From an uncultured Christensenellaceae bacterium (GTDB lineage: Bacteria > Bacillota > Clostridia > Christensenellales > CAG-1252), in contig CAYJBY010000004.1 in the NCBI GenBank assembly GCA_964368645.1, positions 11,343 through 75,342 on the forward strand: a stretch of DNA of 64,000 nucleotides, read 5' to 3'. Both the position numbers and the translations under genes were made by a program. Below, in pieces: positions 1 to 9,730 of the stretch (its first letter is position 1; the number at the start of each line of letters is the position of its first letter). The notes below the pieces were generated by a model that was not told the origin of the DNA, made no database searches, and saw only the letters and a list, made by a program, of their open reading frames with translations.

Positions 1-496
1 AACCGCCTCAGGGCAGTGGCTTGAACGCACCTTGGACGACTCGGCTAACAGGCGAATCAGTATTCCCGAAGCATTTTTGGCTACGGACGGCATACTTAAT
101 CTTTACTACAACGTCATAGGCGGTTGCAAAGTTTACCCCAAAATGATGAAAAAGCATCTTAACGAGGAACTGCCCTTTATGGCAACCGAAAACATACTTA
201 TGTATTGCGTGGCAAAGGGCGGCGACAGGCAGGAACTTCACGAGAGAATCCGTATCCATTCCGTGGCGGCAGGGTTGAAGGTCAAGGAAGAGGGCGGAGC
301 TAACGACTTAGCGGACAGAATTGCGGCGGACGACAGCTTTAAGCTCTCGCGAGAGGAATTGAACGGACTGCTTAACGAGAACAACTTTACAGGACTTGCC
401 TCCGACCAAACCGCCCGATTCTTAAGTACGGTTATTGCGCCTTTACTGAAAGCCAACTCCGACAAAGCAATTATTCCCGAAGCAATAGAGGTCTAA
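1..496 (+). CDS. purB: Adenylosuccinate lyase (fumarate-lyase family), C-terminal part; the 5' end lies upstream of the window
   Basis: The ORF runs open from the window edge to a stop at 494-496. C-terminal ADSL-like sequence (ADRIAADDSFKLSREELNGLL). A bidirectional terminator follows. Confidence 0.5.
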   Translation, partial: TASGQWLERTLDDSANRRISIPEAFLATDGILNLYYNVIGGCKVYPKMMKKHLNEELPFMATENILMYCVAKGGDRQELHERIRIHSVAAGLKVKEEGGANDLADRIAADDSFKLSREELNGLLNENNFTGLASDQTARFLSTVIAPLLKANSDKAIIPEAIEV

Positions 497-514
497 GACA
501 TTTAGATAAAAAAC

Positions 515-542
515 GGCTCTTGTCACAAGAGCCTTTTTTTAT
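515..542. terminator. Bidirectional rho-independent terminator between convergent genes
   Basis: 8-bp stem GGCTCTTG/CAAGAGCC with a 3-nt loop, A-run before and T9 after. Confidence 0.6.
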
Positions 543-656
543 TTCAGTTAATAAAATAAGTTGATTTTTTAAGGCGAAAAGTTAAGCTCTAACATTACGA
601 CTTTTTCCGTCAAGTGAGGGCAAACCGAGCCGCCGATTTTGGACAGGATTTCTGCC

Positions 657-1649
657 TTAATAATAACATATTCCGTGGAGTGCCGCACCCGAGCCGCATT
701 GGGGGCTAACCGTCAATTGGCACACCTTGGCGTATATTTTTTCGCCTGCGGACTTTTCCGCTTGTGTCAACAGCTCGTCGCTAATATATCTGCCGCTGAC
801 CGCTATGGAGTTGGGACGTATCGTGCGGTCAAGAACCAGTAAAAGCTCGCCCAAGGCATAGGTTAGCTGTTCCGCAAAGCACTTTTCGCGGTCCTGAAAT
901 CTCCCTATAAACTCACCTGATTCAAAGGCGGAAAACCGATCTCCGCTATATCGGTTGAGGTAGTAAGCAACGGTTTTTGCGGACAGCATATCGCTGTAAG
1001 GCAGTCTGCCTTTCGAAGAGGAAATAACGGGAGAAAGCAGATTGCTTACGTCTATTTGCCGTGCGTCGTCCTCCAGCAGGTAGCATTCAGGCGAGTCGCC
1101 GAGGTTTAGGCAGAGTATGTCGGCTCTGTCAAAACGCGAGTAGTACCGCTCGTCAAGCGCCGCCGCCAAAAAAGGTCTGCGGCAAACGGTTAGCGGACAG
1201 CCGTTTTTCACCGTGTCCAGCGCACCCTTCGCGCCGAAACCGTCGCAAAAAAGGTCGTCACTGCTTAAAAGGGCGGCAGACTGGTATTTGCCCTCCGTCA
1301 AGGCGGCGGCAATGCCCTCGGGCGTAATCCCCACCGAACTGTCTTTTTCGCCCTTAAGGGTGTATTCCGTAAGGGTATAGGAGTTGCTTTGTTCTCCGTC
1401 GAAAAAACCGTTATCCGCAAAAACCGCAAGCCTCGCGTCGGGCGCGATGCTGACAATATCGGGCGGCTTTCCGCCGACGGGGTTAATCCCTGCCTTAACC
1501 GTTACCGCTCCCTTGGAAAGAAGCTCGGAGACTGCGGACAGCACCGTGGTTGCGCTGAAGCCCGTTTGTTTTTTGATTTCCAGTTTATTGACGCCGTTGC
1601 CTACGGCTATAGCGGATAAAACCGCCGCTGTTTTTTTATCAGAGGTCAT
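657..1649 (-). CDS. ROK-family regulator/sugar-kinase-like protein (N-terminal wHTH, divergent kinase domain)
   Basis: N-terminal HTH followed by GINPVGGKPPDIVSI, like the ROK G.GRP motif. The kinase-like C-terminus lacks a clear zinc CxCGxxGC motif. Confidence 0.55.
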   Translation of the reverse strand: MTSDKKTAAVLSAIAVGNGVNKLEIKKQTGFSATTVLSAVSELLSKGAVTVKAGINPVGGKPPDIVSIAPDARLAVFADNGFFDGEQSNSYTLTEYTLKGEKDSSVGITPEGIAAALTEGKYQSAALLSSDDLFCDGFGAKGALDTVKNGCPLTVCRRPFLAAALDERYYSRFDRADILCLNLGDSPECYLLEDDARQIDVSNLLSPVISSSKGRLPYSDMLSAKTVAYYLNRYSGDRFSAFESGEFIGRFQDREKCFAEQLTYALGELLLVLDRTIRPNSIAVSGRYISDELLTQAEKSAGEKIYAKVCQLTVSPQCGSGAALHGICYY

Positions 1650-1690
1650 AGAGCTATGTTAGCATTCGGATTATGGTGAAAAATAAAAGA

Positions 1691-1712
1691 AAAAAACCCG
1701 TTCGGGGTTTTT
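1691..1712 (-). terminator. Rho-independent terminator downstream of rel
   Basis: AAAAACCC-gttcg-GGGTTTTT hairpin with flanking A/T runs. Usable in both directions. Confidence 0.55.
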
Positions 1713-1762
1713 TTGTCGAAAAGGTATGCGGAAGTCGTTTTTGCCGTTTTCGGCATAGTCTG

Positions 1763-3937
1763 TTAAACTCTGGTTACGGATACTATGTGCTTGAAACTGC
1801 GGATTTTACGCATAATGTTTTCAAGGGCTTCCTTGGAGGCAAGCTCCAACGACAGCAGAATTATAGCGTGACCGTCCTTATATGCGTTGGCGTTAATACT
1901 GCTCATATTGATGCCTTGCGCGGAAATCATATTAAGCAAATCCGCCATTAAGCCGTTGTTGTCGTCTGCGTAAATCGAAAGGGAAGCGACAAACTTACCT
2001 GCGATAACGGACGCCCATTCAGCCTTGATACGGCGCACGTCCTCGCTGTTGTTGATGTTGGGGCAGTCTGCGCGGTGAACCATAATACCTCTGCCGCGGC
2101 TGACGTAGCCTATTATGTCGTCACCGGGAACGGGATTACAGCATTTTGCCAGTTTAACCAGCATACCGCCCTCGCCGTTAATCAGAATATCGCCACCGCC
2201 TGCCGTGGTGCGCGGTTTCAGCACAGGGGTATTGTCGGGCGCGACCTTTTTGAGATACTCTCTGCGGCGGAAAATCAGCTTGGGAATAATCTGACCTGTG
2301 GCAAGCTCGCCGTAGCCTAAAGCGGCGTACAAATCCTCTATGGTATTAAGTCCGTGACGGACGGCTATATCCTTGAGCCAGTCCTCAAGCAGTAAGTCCT
2401 TAGTCTGGAAGCCCTTGCGCCTGCATTCGCTTTCCAGCATATCCTTACCGATGGTGACGTTCTCCTCTCGTTGAGTCTTCTTGAAAAATTGTCTTATCTT
2501 GGATCTCGCCGCAGAGGTTTTGACAATACGGAGCCAATCTCTGGACGGGCCCTTTGAGGCGTTACTTGTGATGATTTCCACAATGTCGCCTGTTTTCAGC
2601 GCGGTATTTAGGGATACCATTTTGGTATTGACCTTAGCCCCCACGCAGTGATTGCCTATGTTTGTATGGATGATGTATGCAAAGTCGATAACCGTGGAGT
2701 TGGCAGGCAGACACATAACGTCGCCGCCGGGAGTGAATACAAAAACCTCGTCGCTGAAAATATCCATTTTGAGAGATGCCATATACTCTTTGCTGTCCGG
2801 CATTTCCTTTTCGGAAAGCTCCATTACTTCACGGAGCCATTTGATTTTTTTGTCCAAATCCTTGTCGGTCACGCCGTCCTTATACTTCCAGTGGGCGGCA
2901 ATGCCGTATTCTGCGGTGAGGTGCATCTCCGCGGTACGAATCTGAACCTCGAAGGGGATACCCTCCTTTTCCGTGTCGCCTGCCTTGATGTACAGAACGG
3001 TGGTATGAAGGGATTGGTAGTTGTTGGGTTTAGGAGTGGCGATATAGTCCTTAAAACGGCCGGGGAGAGGCGGCCACGTTGCGTGAACCATACCCAGTAC
3101 GTTGTAGCAATCTCTCTTGGACGGAACGATTATACGGATAGCCATTAGGTCGAAAATGCCGTCTAAGCCCACGCCCTGACGGCGCATCTTGCGGTAAATG
3201 CTGTAAAAGTGTTTTGACCGTCCGTTAATCTCGTACTTAATGCCTGCCTCGTCCAGCTTCGCGGAAAGAATATCGGTGACTTCCTTGACGAACTTGTCAC
3301 GCTCTTCCTTTTTTGCGTTAATCATCTCCACAAGTTTGTAATACTCGTCGGGATAGAGGTAGCGCATAGAAAGGTCTTCCAACTCGCCTTTAATCTGACC
3401 GATACCCAAGCGAGCGGCGAGGGGGGCGTAGATTTCCAGCGTTTCCTTGGCGGTGAAAATCTGTTTTTCAGGCTCAACGGAATCCAGGGTGCGCATATTG
3501 TGAAGCCTATCGGCGAACTTGATGATGATTACGCGCAGGTCACGCGCCATAGCCAAAAGCAGCTTGCGGAGATTCTCCGCCTGCGCTTGGTCCTTAGTTT
3601 CGAATTTCAGCTTATCCAGCTTGGTCACGCCGTTGACGAGGTCGCTGACCTCCTGTCCGAACTCCGCAGTTAAACGCTCGGAGGTACATTCCGTATCCTC
3701 TATAACGTCGTGCAAAAGACCTGCCATAACGGTAGGCGGATCCATAGACAGCTCCATTAGGATATTGGCAACGTGGAAGGGGTGAATAAAGTATGCCTCG
3801 CCTGACTTTCTGAATTGACCTTCGTGAGCGGCTTGCGCGAAAAAATACGCCTTACGGATTCTCTCGTAATTTTCTTCCGAATACAGGCGTTTCGCTTTAT
3901 CAAAAAAGTCGTTCTCGCTAAAGGTTTTTTGAGTCAT
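1763..3937 (-). CDS. relA: Bifunctional (p)ppGpp synthetase/hydrolase Rel/SpoT
   Basis: HD-domain motif HDVIEDT, RelA/SpoT synthetase core, TGS domain and C-terminal ACT domain. 724 aa. RBS AGAGGT. Confidence 0.9.
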   Translation of the reverse strand: MTQKTFSENDFFDKAKRLYSEENYERIRKAYFFAQAAHEGQFRKSGEAYFIHPFHVANILMELSMDPPTVMAGLLHDVIEDTECTSERLTAEFGQEVSDLVNGVTKLDKLKFETKDQAQAENLRKLLLAMARDLRVIIIKFADRLHNMRTLDSVEPEKQIFTAKETLEIYAPLAARLGIGQIKGELEDLSMRYLYPDEYYKLVEMINAKKEERDKFVKEVTDILSAKLDEAGIKYEINGRSKHFYSIYRKMRRQGVGLDGIFDLMAIRIIVPSKRDCYNVLGMVHATWPPLPGRFKDYIATPKPNNYQSLHTTVLYIKAGDTEKEGIPFEVQIRTAEMHLTAEYGIAAHWKYKDGVTDKDLDKKIKWLREVMELSEKEMPDSKEYMASLKMDIFSDEVFVFTPGGDVMCLPANSTVIDFAYIIHTNIGNHCVGAKVNTKMVSLNTALKTGDIVEIITSNASKGPSRDWLRIVKTSAARSKIRQFFKKTQREENVTIGKDMLESECRRKGFQTKDLLLEDWLKDIAVRHGLNTIEDLYAALGYGELATGQIIPKLIFRRREYLKKVAPDNTPVLKPRTTAGGGDILINGEGGMLVKLAKCCNPVPGDDIIGYVSRGRGIMVHRADCPNINNSEDVRRIKAEWASVIAGKFVASLSIYADDNNGLMADLLNMISAQGINMSSINANAYKDGHAIILLSLELASKEALENIMRKIRSFKHIVSVTRV

Positions 3938-4308
3938 CGGTAATACCTCTTTTTGCTATAATACAACTTTTATGTTCGCCTGTCAATACCGATGTAGTAT
4001 AACTAAAAGAGTATTTAACCATTTTTTTTCGGCGAAAAACGGAGAGGATAATAACACTGCTGACGGCGTGGCAAACGGCGAGAAAAAAAGTTGGAATCAC
4101 AATGGGGAATACCGTGGGAAATGCGGCAAGGACAGGTTCGTAATCGGTGCCGTAACGCCGTGTGTTTTGCGTTCACCGGTACGGCGCAAAATGCGGTAAG
4201 GATACGGTTGTAATTGCAAAAAGCAACATCGTTAAAAATGCTGTGAGAACAAGGCAAGCCGCCGCAGATATAATCGGTGCTTTGCCCCAACTATTTTTCC
4301 GACGCGCA

Positions 4309-4338
4309 TTGACAAAACCAACCTATAGTGATTAGAAT
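4309..4338 (+). promoter_or_regulatory. Putative sigma-A promoter for the GH38 gene
   Basis: TTGACA, 18-nt spacer, TAGAAT, about 30 nt upstream of the start. Confidence 0.35.
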
Positions 4339-4367
4339 ATAGTTATTAACGCAAAGGCGGTAGTTTT

Positions 4368-7304
4368 ATGATAGAAAGGCTTTTTCTGCACCCTATTCAC
4401 GATACCAGACTTCTGGAAATACGCAAGGCTGTTTATCAGCCGCTGTGCGAGTTTTCCGCACGGGTTTTTAAGAGCAGGGAGCCGATTACTCCCGATAAGA
4501 CGGAGCTTGACGCTTTTCGTCCTATAAAAAGGGGAGAGGTTTGGGCAGGCATTTTCGATTGCGGTTGGTTCGAGTTCAAGACCACCGTACCGGCAGGGCT
4601 TGAGGGTAAGCGCGTGGTCGCTCTTTTGAGCGTAGGCGGCGAGGGCTTGGTATATTCGGCGGATTTTAAGCCGATGCAAAGTATCACGGGTGTGCTTTCC
4701 ACCGTTGATCCCGTACAAACCACCATAGGCAAGCAAGCGGTGGAGCTTAGCGGCCTTAGGGCTGGCGAGGAGCTGACTTTGTACGCCGACTGCGGTTATA
4801 ACGGCAATTGTATGGGCTTCGGCGTTCGCAAAGAGGTTAAGCTGAAACGGTGCGAGCTGGCGGTGCTGAACGAGGACGTACTTGGATTTTATTACGACTA
4901 TCTGACCTTATACGCGCTGACTTTGACCTACGGCGAGAACGCGGAGCTTACCGCGGAAAGGGTGAAAGCCGTCAATACCGCGCTGGCTTCCGCATTCGGT
5001 GTTTACAAAAAACAGGGCGCGGCGGCGGCGAGAGCCGCATTGGCTCCGTCCTTAGCGGACAAGGGCGTTAAGTCCTTCGTTCAATACACGGCGGTCGGAC
5101 ACGCCCATCTGGATTTGGGCTGGCTTTGGCCGATAAGGGAAACTAAGCGCAAGGCGGCGCGAACCTTTGCCACGGCGTTGGTCAATCTGCAACTGTATCC
5201 CGATTACGTTTTCGGTGCGTCGCAGGCACAGCAATTCGACTGGCTGAAAAAGCTTTACCCCGATATTTACGAGGGCGTTAAGCGTATGGTTGACTGCGGC
5301 AGAATAGAATTGCAGGGCGGTATGTGGACGGAAAACGACTGCAACAATCCCTGCGGCGAATCCCTTATCAAGCAGTTTATTTACGGTGACGAGTTCTTTT
5401 ATCGGGAGTTCGGCAAGCGTTCCCGTATGGTGTGGCTTCCCGATACTTTCGGTTATCCGGGCTGTCTGCCGCAGATATACAAGGGCTGTGAAAAGGATTA
5501 TTTTATGACGATTAAGCTCAGCTGGAACGAGCAAAACGTCTTCCCCTACCGTACCTTTGTGTGGAAGGGTATCGACGGCAGTGAGGTTTTGGCGCACTTA
5601 CCGCCGTCAGGCGATTATAACGCAAGCAACTCGCCGCTGTACGTGGCTCGGGCGCAAAAGCTCAATACGCAAAAGGACTCCGTTGACAAGGCGTTAATCG
5701 CTTACGGAGCAGGCGACGGCGGCGGCGGCGCGGGCGAAGGGCATTTGCAGTACCTTAGCCGTATCGCCCATTTGGAGGGCTTGAATAACGTCAAGTCGGG
5801 GGCGGCGGAGCCGTTCTTCGACGAGCTTAACCAACAGCGCGGCAAGCTGCCCGTTTACGAGGGCGAGCTGTATCTGGAAAAGCATCAGGGAACGCTGACC
5901 TCGCAGGCACGCAACAAGCAGTTTAACGCGGTAATCGAGCGCGAATTGCACAATACGGAGCTTTTGTGCGCGATGGCGTTATGCCAAGGGAAAAGCTATC
6001 CCAAGGAGGAAATCAAGGAGATTTACAGAGAGGTGCTTTTGTACCAGTTCCACGATATACTGCCCGGTTCTTCCATTCAGCGGATATACGACGAGAGCAG
6101 GGCGCGTTACGACGTAATGTTGGCACGGCTCAAAAGATTGCAAGCCGACCTAAGCGCAGAGCTTGGCGAAACTTTTTACGTCAACACCTCGCCCTTTGCA
6201 CGGCAGGAATACGTGGAAAAGGACGGTAAATACCTGCTTGCAACGGCGGAGCCTTACGCTAGGGCAACGCTTTCCGAGGACGGCTTCGAGTGTCTGAAAG
6301 CAAACGACGGCGTACTGGAAAACGACCTGCTGACGGTGCGCTTCGCAAAGGGGGGCGAGATATGTTCCCTGAAGGACAAGGCAAGCGGCAAGGAGTACGC
6401 CGCGAACGGACTTAACGTCCTAACCTTGTACAGTGATCCGCGTCTGCATTATAACGCTTGGGATATCAGTATCGATTACCCGAAGATGAGAAGCACCCGA
6501 CTTAAAATAGTGTCGGCAAGGTGCTACGTAGAGGGCGCAAGAGCGGTGATAGAGCAGGTTTTCCGCACCGCAAAATCCACGATTACCCAAAGGACGGTTT
6601 TGTATAAAGGCGACCGATTGGTGCGGTTTGAAACCCACGCCGACTGGCACGAAAGTTACCGTATGCTAAGAGCGGATTTCCGTCCGACGGTGTTCTCGGA
6701 AACGGCGGATTTCGACATACAATTCGGTGCGATAAAGCGCAGTACCAAGAACGAAACGTCCATTGAAAAGGCTCAATACGAGGTGTGCGCTCACAAGTTT
6801 GTCAACGTGGAAAAGGACGGTTACGGCTTTGCGACGGTGGACTGCTGCAAGTTCGGACACAAGGCAAAGGACGGGCTGATAAGCACTAATCTTCTGCGCT
6901 CGCCCAAGTACCCCGATCCCACCTGCGATATGGGCGAACACGACTTCGTTTACGGCATATATCCCTACGTAGGGGATTTAGAGCATAGTGGATTGGTGAG
7001 TAACGCATACCGCTTGACCTATCCTCTAAGCCGCTGTTACGGCGGCGCAAGCTCCTTCGTAGCATTGGAAGGAGATGGTGCGGTAATCGAAACAGTTAAG
7101 CCGTCCGAGGACGGAAAGGGTGTTGTGGTAAGAATATACGAGAGATACGGCAGAAACGCAAAAGTCAAGCTAAATGCGAGCTTTTCTTATGCTAAACTGT
7201 ATTCCTGCAATATGCTTGAACGGCAAAAAGAGCCTTGCGGCAGTGAGGTGGAATTAACACCGTATCAAATCAGAACCTTCTATTTCGAGACGGAAACGAA
7301 ATAA
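4368..7304 (+). CDS. Glycoside hydrolase family 38 alpha-mannosidase (cytoplasmic, MngB-like)
   Basis: GH38 metal-site signature HAHLDLGWLWP. 978 aa, no signal peptide. Confidence 0.85.
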   Translation: MIERLFLHPIHDTRLLEIRKAVYQPLCEFSARVFKSREPITPDKTELDAFRPIKRGEVWAGIFDCGWFEFKTTVPAGLEGKRVVALLSVGGEGLVYSADFKPMQSITGVLSTVDPVQTTIGKQAVELSGLRAGEELTLYADCGYNGNCMGFGVRKEVKLKRCELAVLNEDVLGFYYDYLTLYALTLTYGENAELTAERVKAVNTALASAFGVYKKQGAAAARAALAPSLADKGVKSFVQYTAVGHAHLDLGWLWPIRETKRKAARTFATALVNLQLYPDYVFGASQAQQFDWLKKLYPDIYEGVKRMVDCGRIELQGGMWTENDCNNPCGESLIKQFIYGDEFFYREFGKRSRMVWLPDTFGYPGCLPQIYKGCEKDYFMTIKLSWNEQNVFPYRTFVWKGIDGSEVLAHLPPSGDYNASNSPLYVARAQKLNTQKDSVDKALIAYGAGDGGGGAGEGHLQYLSRIAHLEGLNNVKSGAAEPFFDELNQQRGKLPVYEGELYLEKHQGTLTSQARNKQFNAVIERELHNTELLCAMALCQGKSYPKEEIKEIYREVLLYQFHDILPGSSIQRIYDESRARYDVMLARLKRLQADLSAELGETFYVNTSPFARQEYVEKDGKYLLATAEPYARATLSEDGFECLKANDGVLENDLLTVRFAKGGEICSLKDKASGKEYAANGLNVLTLYSDPRLHYNAWDISIDYPKMRSTRLKIVSARCYVEGARAVIEQVFRTAKSTITQRTVLYKGDRLVRFETHADWHESYRMLRADFRPTVFSETADFDIQFGAIKRSTKNETSIEKAQYEVCAHKFVNVEKDGYGFATVDCCKFGHKAKDGLISTNLLRSPKYPDPTCDMGEHDFVYGIYPYVGDLEHSGLVSNAYRLTYPLSRCYGGASSFVALEGDGAVIETVKPSEDGKGVVVRIYERYGRNAKVKLNASFSYAKLYSCNMLERQKEPCGSEVELTPYQIRTFYFETETK

Positions 7305-7404
7305 ACAACCGAAAAAGCGGGTAACGGGAATGCAAGTTCACGTGAGCAAATCGCAATAATTAAGTAGAATCCGAAAGAAACGTGTTTATATAAGGAGTAA
7401 CGGT

Positions 7405-8052
7405 ATGATAATTACAGCCCATAGCGGAGCACTGAAAACGAAGCAAAACAAGCAACCGTATTTTGACGCGGTTGCGGACGGACGCATTGTAGCCGACGCT
7501 CTGGAAGTGGATATTTTCGGGTTCGGCAAAAAGCTGTTTCTGTCGCACCCTCCGTTGGTTTTGCCCTATAACAAGATTCCTTTGGAGTACGCTTTCGAGT
7601 TTATCCGCGAGCATAATTTACAGCTAAATTGCGACCTGAAGTCGGTAAAACTCTTCGATGCGGTTAAGGAGCTTGCCGTAAAGATGGGCGTTGACGACCT
7701 GATATATTTTACGGGGTCCGTGCGTATTCAGCACTTGCCCTCGCTGACGGCAGGGGTGTGGTACGGTAACTACACGGTTTTCAAAAAGCTCGGTCTTTCC
7801 GCGGAAAACGTGCCTGATATCAAAAAATATATCGATAGCTTCGGCAATTCCAGATTTTTGGGCGTTAATCTCAACTACCGTTACTTGACAGATGAATTTA
7901 TGCAGGCGGCAAAAGACGCAGGTTTAAGAATTTCCACTTTTACCGTGGATAAGGAAAAGGATTTGAGAAGGCTTATCAAGTGGCAACCCGACAATATTAC
8001 CACCAATAGACCTGATATAGCTCAAAAAATACGGACAGAACTGGGAATTTAG
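7405..8052 (+). CDS. Glycerophosphodiester phosphodiesterase (GDPD)-like protein
   Basis: N-terminus MIITAHSGA aligns to the GDPD motif IAHRG, but with Ser in place of the catalytic Arg. RBS AAGGAG. Confidence 0.45.
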   Translation: MIITAHSGALKTKQNKQPYFDAVADGRIVADALEVDIFGFGKKLFLSHPPLVLPYNKIPLEYAFEFIREHNLQLNCDLKSVKLFDAVKELAVKMGVDDLIYFTGSVRIQHLPSLTAGVWYGNYTVFKKLGLSAENVPDIKKYIDSFGNSRFLGVNLNYRYLTDEFMQAAKDAGLRISTFTVDKEKDLRRLIKWQPDNITTNRPDIAQKIRTELGI

Positions 8053-8241
8053 AGATAGCCCTCCGATTATTCCTTCCGATAAACAGATTTTAAGCCGCAG
8101 AGAAATTATTTACTTTGCGACTTTTTTTTCAAATAGTATTGCTATAAAATAAAAAATAAGTTAATATATTAGTGCCGACAGGTTTAAGGGGTGAAGCTGT
8201 TGCCTCTCAAGTCGGAGTTTATACTCACTAAGGAGTTGAAG

Positions 8242-8778
8242 ATGGACAGATTTTATACGGTCAACATAGCAGGTAAAGACGAGTCACTACCCATACTGCC
8301 GCTTCCCGGCGGTATTAACATTTGCTTTTTTAACCTTCACGGTAATCAGGAGCTGACGGAACGCTGCGGCAAGGCTCTTGCGGAAAAGGTAAAGGGCTGT
8401 GACATTTTGATTACGGCGGAGTCTAAGGGCTTACAGCTTACCCACGTGGTGGCGAGAGAGCTTAACCAGCCTTTTTATGCGGTTTGCCGCAAGTCGCGCA
8501 AGCTGTATATGCAGGACGGTATTTCCGCCGAGGTTAAGTCGATTACCACAGGCAGTGTGCAGACGCTGTACCTGTCAAAGCACGATACCGAGCTTTTGGC
8601 AGGCAAGAAGGTCGCCATTATCGACGACGTTATTTCCACGGGCGGCAGTCTTAACGGACTGGAGCTTATAGTCGAGAAGGCAGGCGGCATATTATATAAA
8701 AAGGCGTTCGTCTTAGCAGAGGGCGACGCTAAGGACAGACCTGACGTTGAGTATCTGGCAACGATACCCATTCTTTGA
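8242..8778 (+). CDS. Type-I phosphoribosyltransferase-domain protein (purine-salvage PRTase-like)
   Basis: PRPP-binding motif VAIIDDVISTGGS. Start chosen at the ATG preceded by AGGAG (8231-8235). The six-frame track begins at an upstream GTG, 8191. Confidence 0.6.
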   Translation: MDRFYTVNIAGKDESLPILPLPGGINICFFNLHGNQELTERCGKALAEKVKGCDILITAESKGLQLTHVVARELNQPFYAVCRKSRKLYMQDGISAEVKSITTGSVQTLYLSKHDTELLAGKKVAIIDDVISTGGSLNGLELIVEKAGGILYKKAFVLAEGDAKDRPDVEYLATIPIL

Positions 8779-8910
8779 TGACGACAGCCGCGAACCTGCG
8801 TATCCTCTCGGACGGAGGGTATCAAAACGCGGCTTGATAACCGCTTATTCCTTTCTCCTCTTAACCGAGGTGGGAGCGGTAGGCGGTAGTAACGTCCGTT
8901 TTCCTTTGAC

Positions 8911-8949
8911 CGCAGTTTTTTAAGGCGGCAGAGCCCTGCGAAAACTGCG
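8911..8949 (+). promoter_or_regulatory. 9-N21-9 perfect inverted repeat in the deoD leader
   Basis: CGCAGTTTT...AAAACTGCG. No U-tract follows, so it is not a terminator. A possible regulator site or RNA structure. Confidence 0.3.
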
Positions 8950-8992
8950 AACGACCGATTACGGCGGTTACCGATATTGCAACGGAGGAATT

Positions 8993-9730
8993 ATGAGCAT
9001 ACCCACTCCACATATTAATGCAAAGGCCGATGCTTTCGGAAAGACGGTATTGATGCCCGGCGATCCTTTACGCGCTAAGTTTATCGCGGAGAATTTTTTT
9101 GATAATCCGACCTTGGTCAACAACGTGCGCGGAGTTCAGGGCTACACCGGTTACTACAAGGGTGTGCGGATTTCCGTTATGGCGAGCGGTATGGGTATGC
9201 CGTCTATTTCCATCTATGCCAGAGAGCTTTACACTGAGTACGGCGTGGCTAATCTGATTAGAGTAGGCTCGGCAGGTGCGCTTACCCCTGCTGTACCCCT
9301 TAAAAGCGTGGTTTTGGCGATAGGAGCGCATACCGATTCCGCTATGCTTTCCCAGTACGGCTTGAACGGCAGTTTTGCGCCCGTTGCCGATTACGGTATG
9401 CTGAAAGCGGCGGAGCAGGCGGCAGACAAGCTGAAAATCGGAGTTAAGGTCGGTACGGTATTTTCCACCGACAGCTTTTATAACGAGGTCGATAACTATT
9501 CGGTCAAGTGGGCGCGTATGGGTGCGCTGTGCGTGGAGATGGAGACCGCCGCCTTATACACTGAGGCGGCTCGGTGCGGCAAACGTGCGCTTGCCGTACT
9601 TACAATATCTGATAATTTGGCAACCGGTGAAAACACCACCGCGGAAGAGCGGCAAACAGGCTTCACCGATATGATGAAAATTGCTTTAGACACGGCTGTT
9701 GCCATTGACGGGGGAGCGTATGATTTGTAA
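8993..9730 (+). CDS. deoD: Purine nucleoside phosphorylase, DeoD type
   Basis: PNP/UDP family 1 motifs throughout (GDPLRAKFIAENF, SVMASGMGMPS, VEMETAALY). RBS ACGGAGG. Confidence 0.9.
   Translation: MSIPTPHINAKADAFGKTVLMPGDPLRAKFIAENFFDNPTLVNNVRGVQGYTGYYKGVRISVMASGMGMPSISIYARELYTEYGVANLIRVGSAGALTPAVPLKSVVLAIGAHTDSAMLSQYGLNGSFAPVADYGMLKAAEQAADKLKIGVKVGTVFSTDSFYNEVDNYSVKWARMGALCVEMETAALYTEAARCGKRALAVLTISDNLATGENTTAEERQTGFTDMMKIALDTAVAIDGGAYDL

Noticed and set aside
1061-1327. Arg/Pro-rich 88-aa ORF, and the parallel 1384-1662 ORFs
   Set aside because: They are antisense to or overlapping the ROK gene, have no RBS, and have extreme composition.
8779-8992. Purine riboswitch upstream of deoD
   Set aside because: The conserved junction and loop sequences of the purine aptamer are not present. 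Only a generic inverted repeat is seen.
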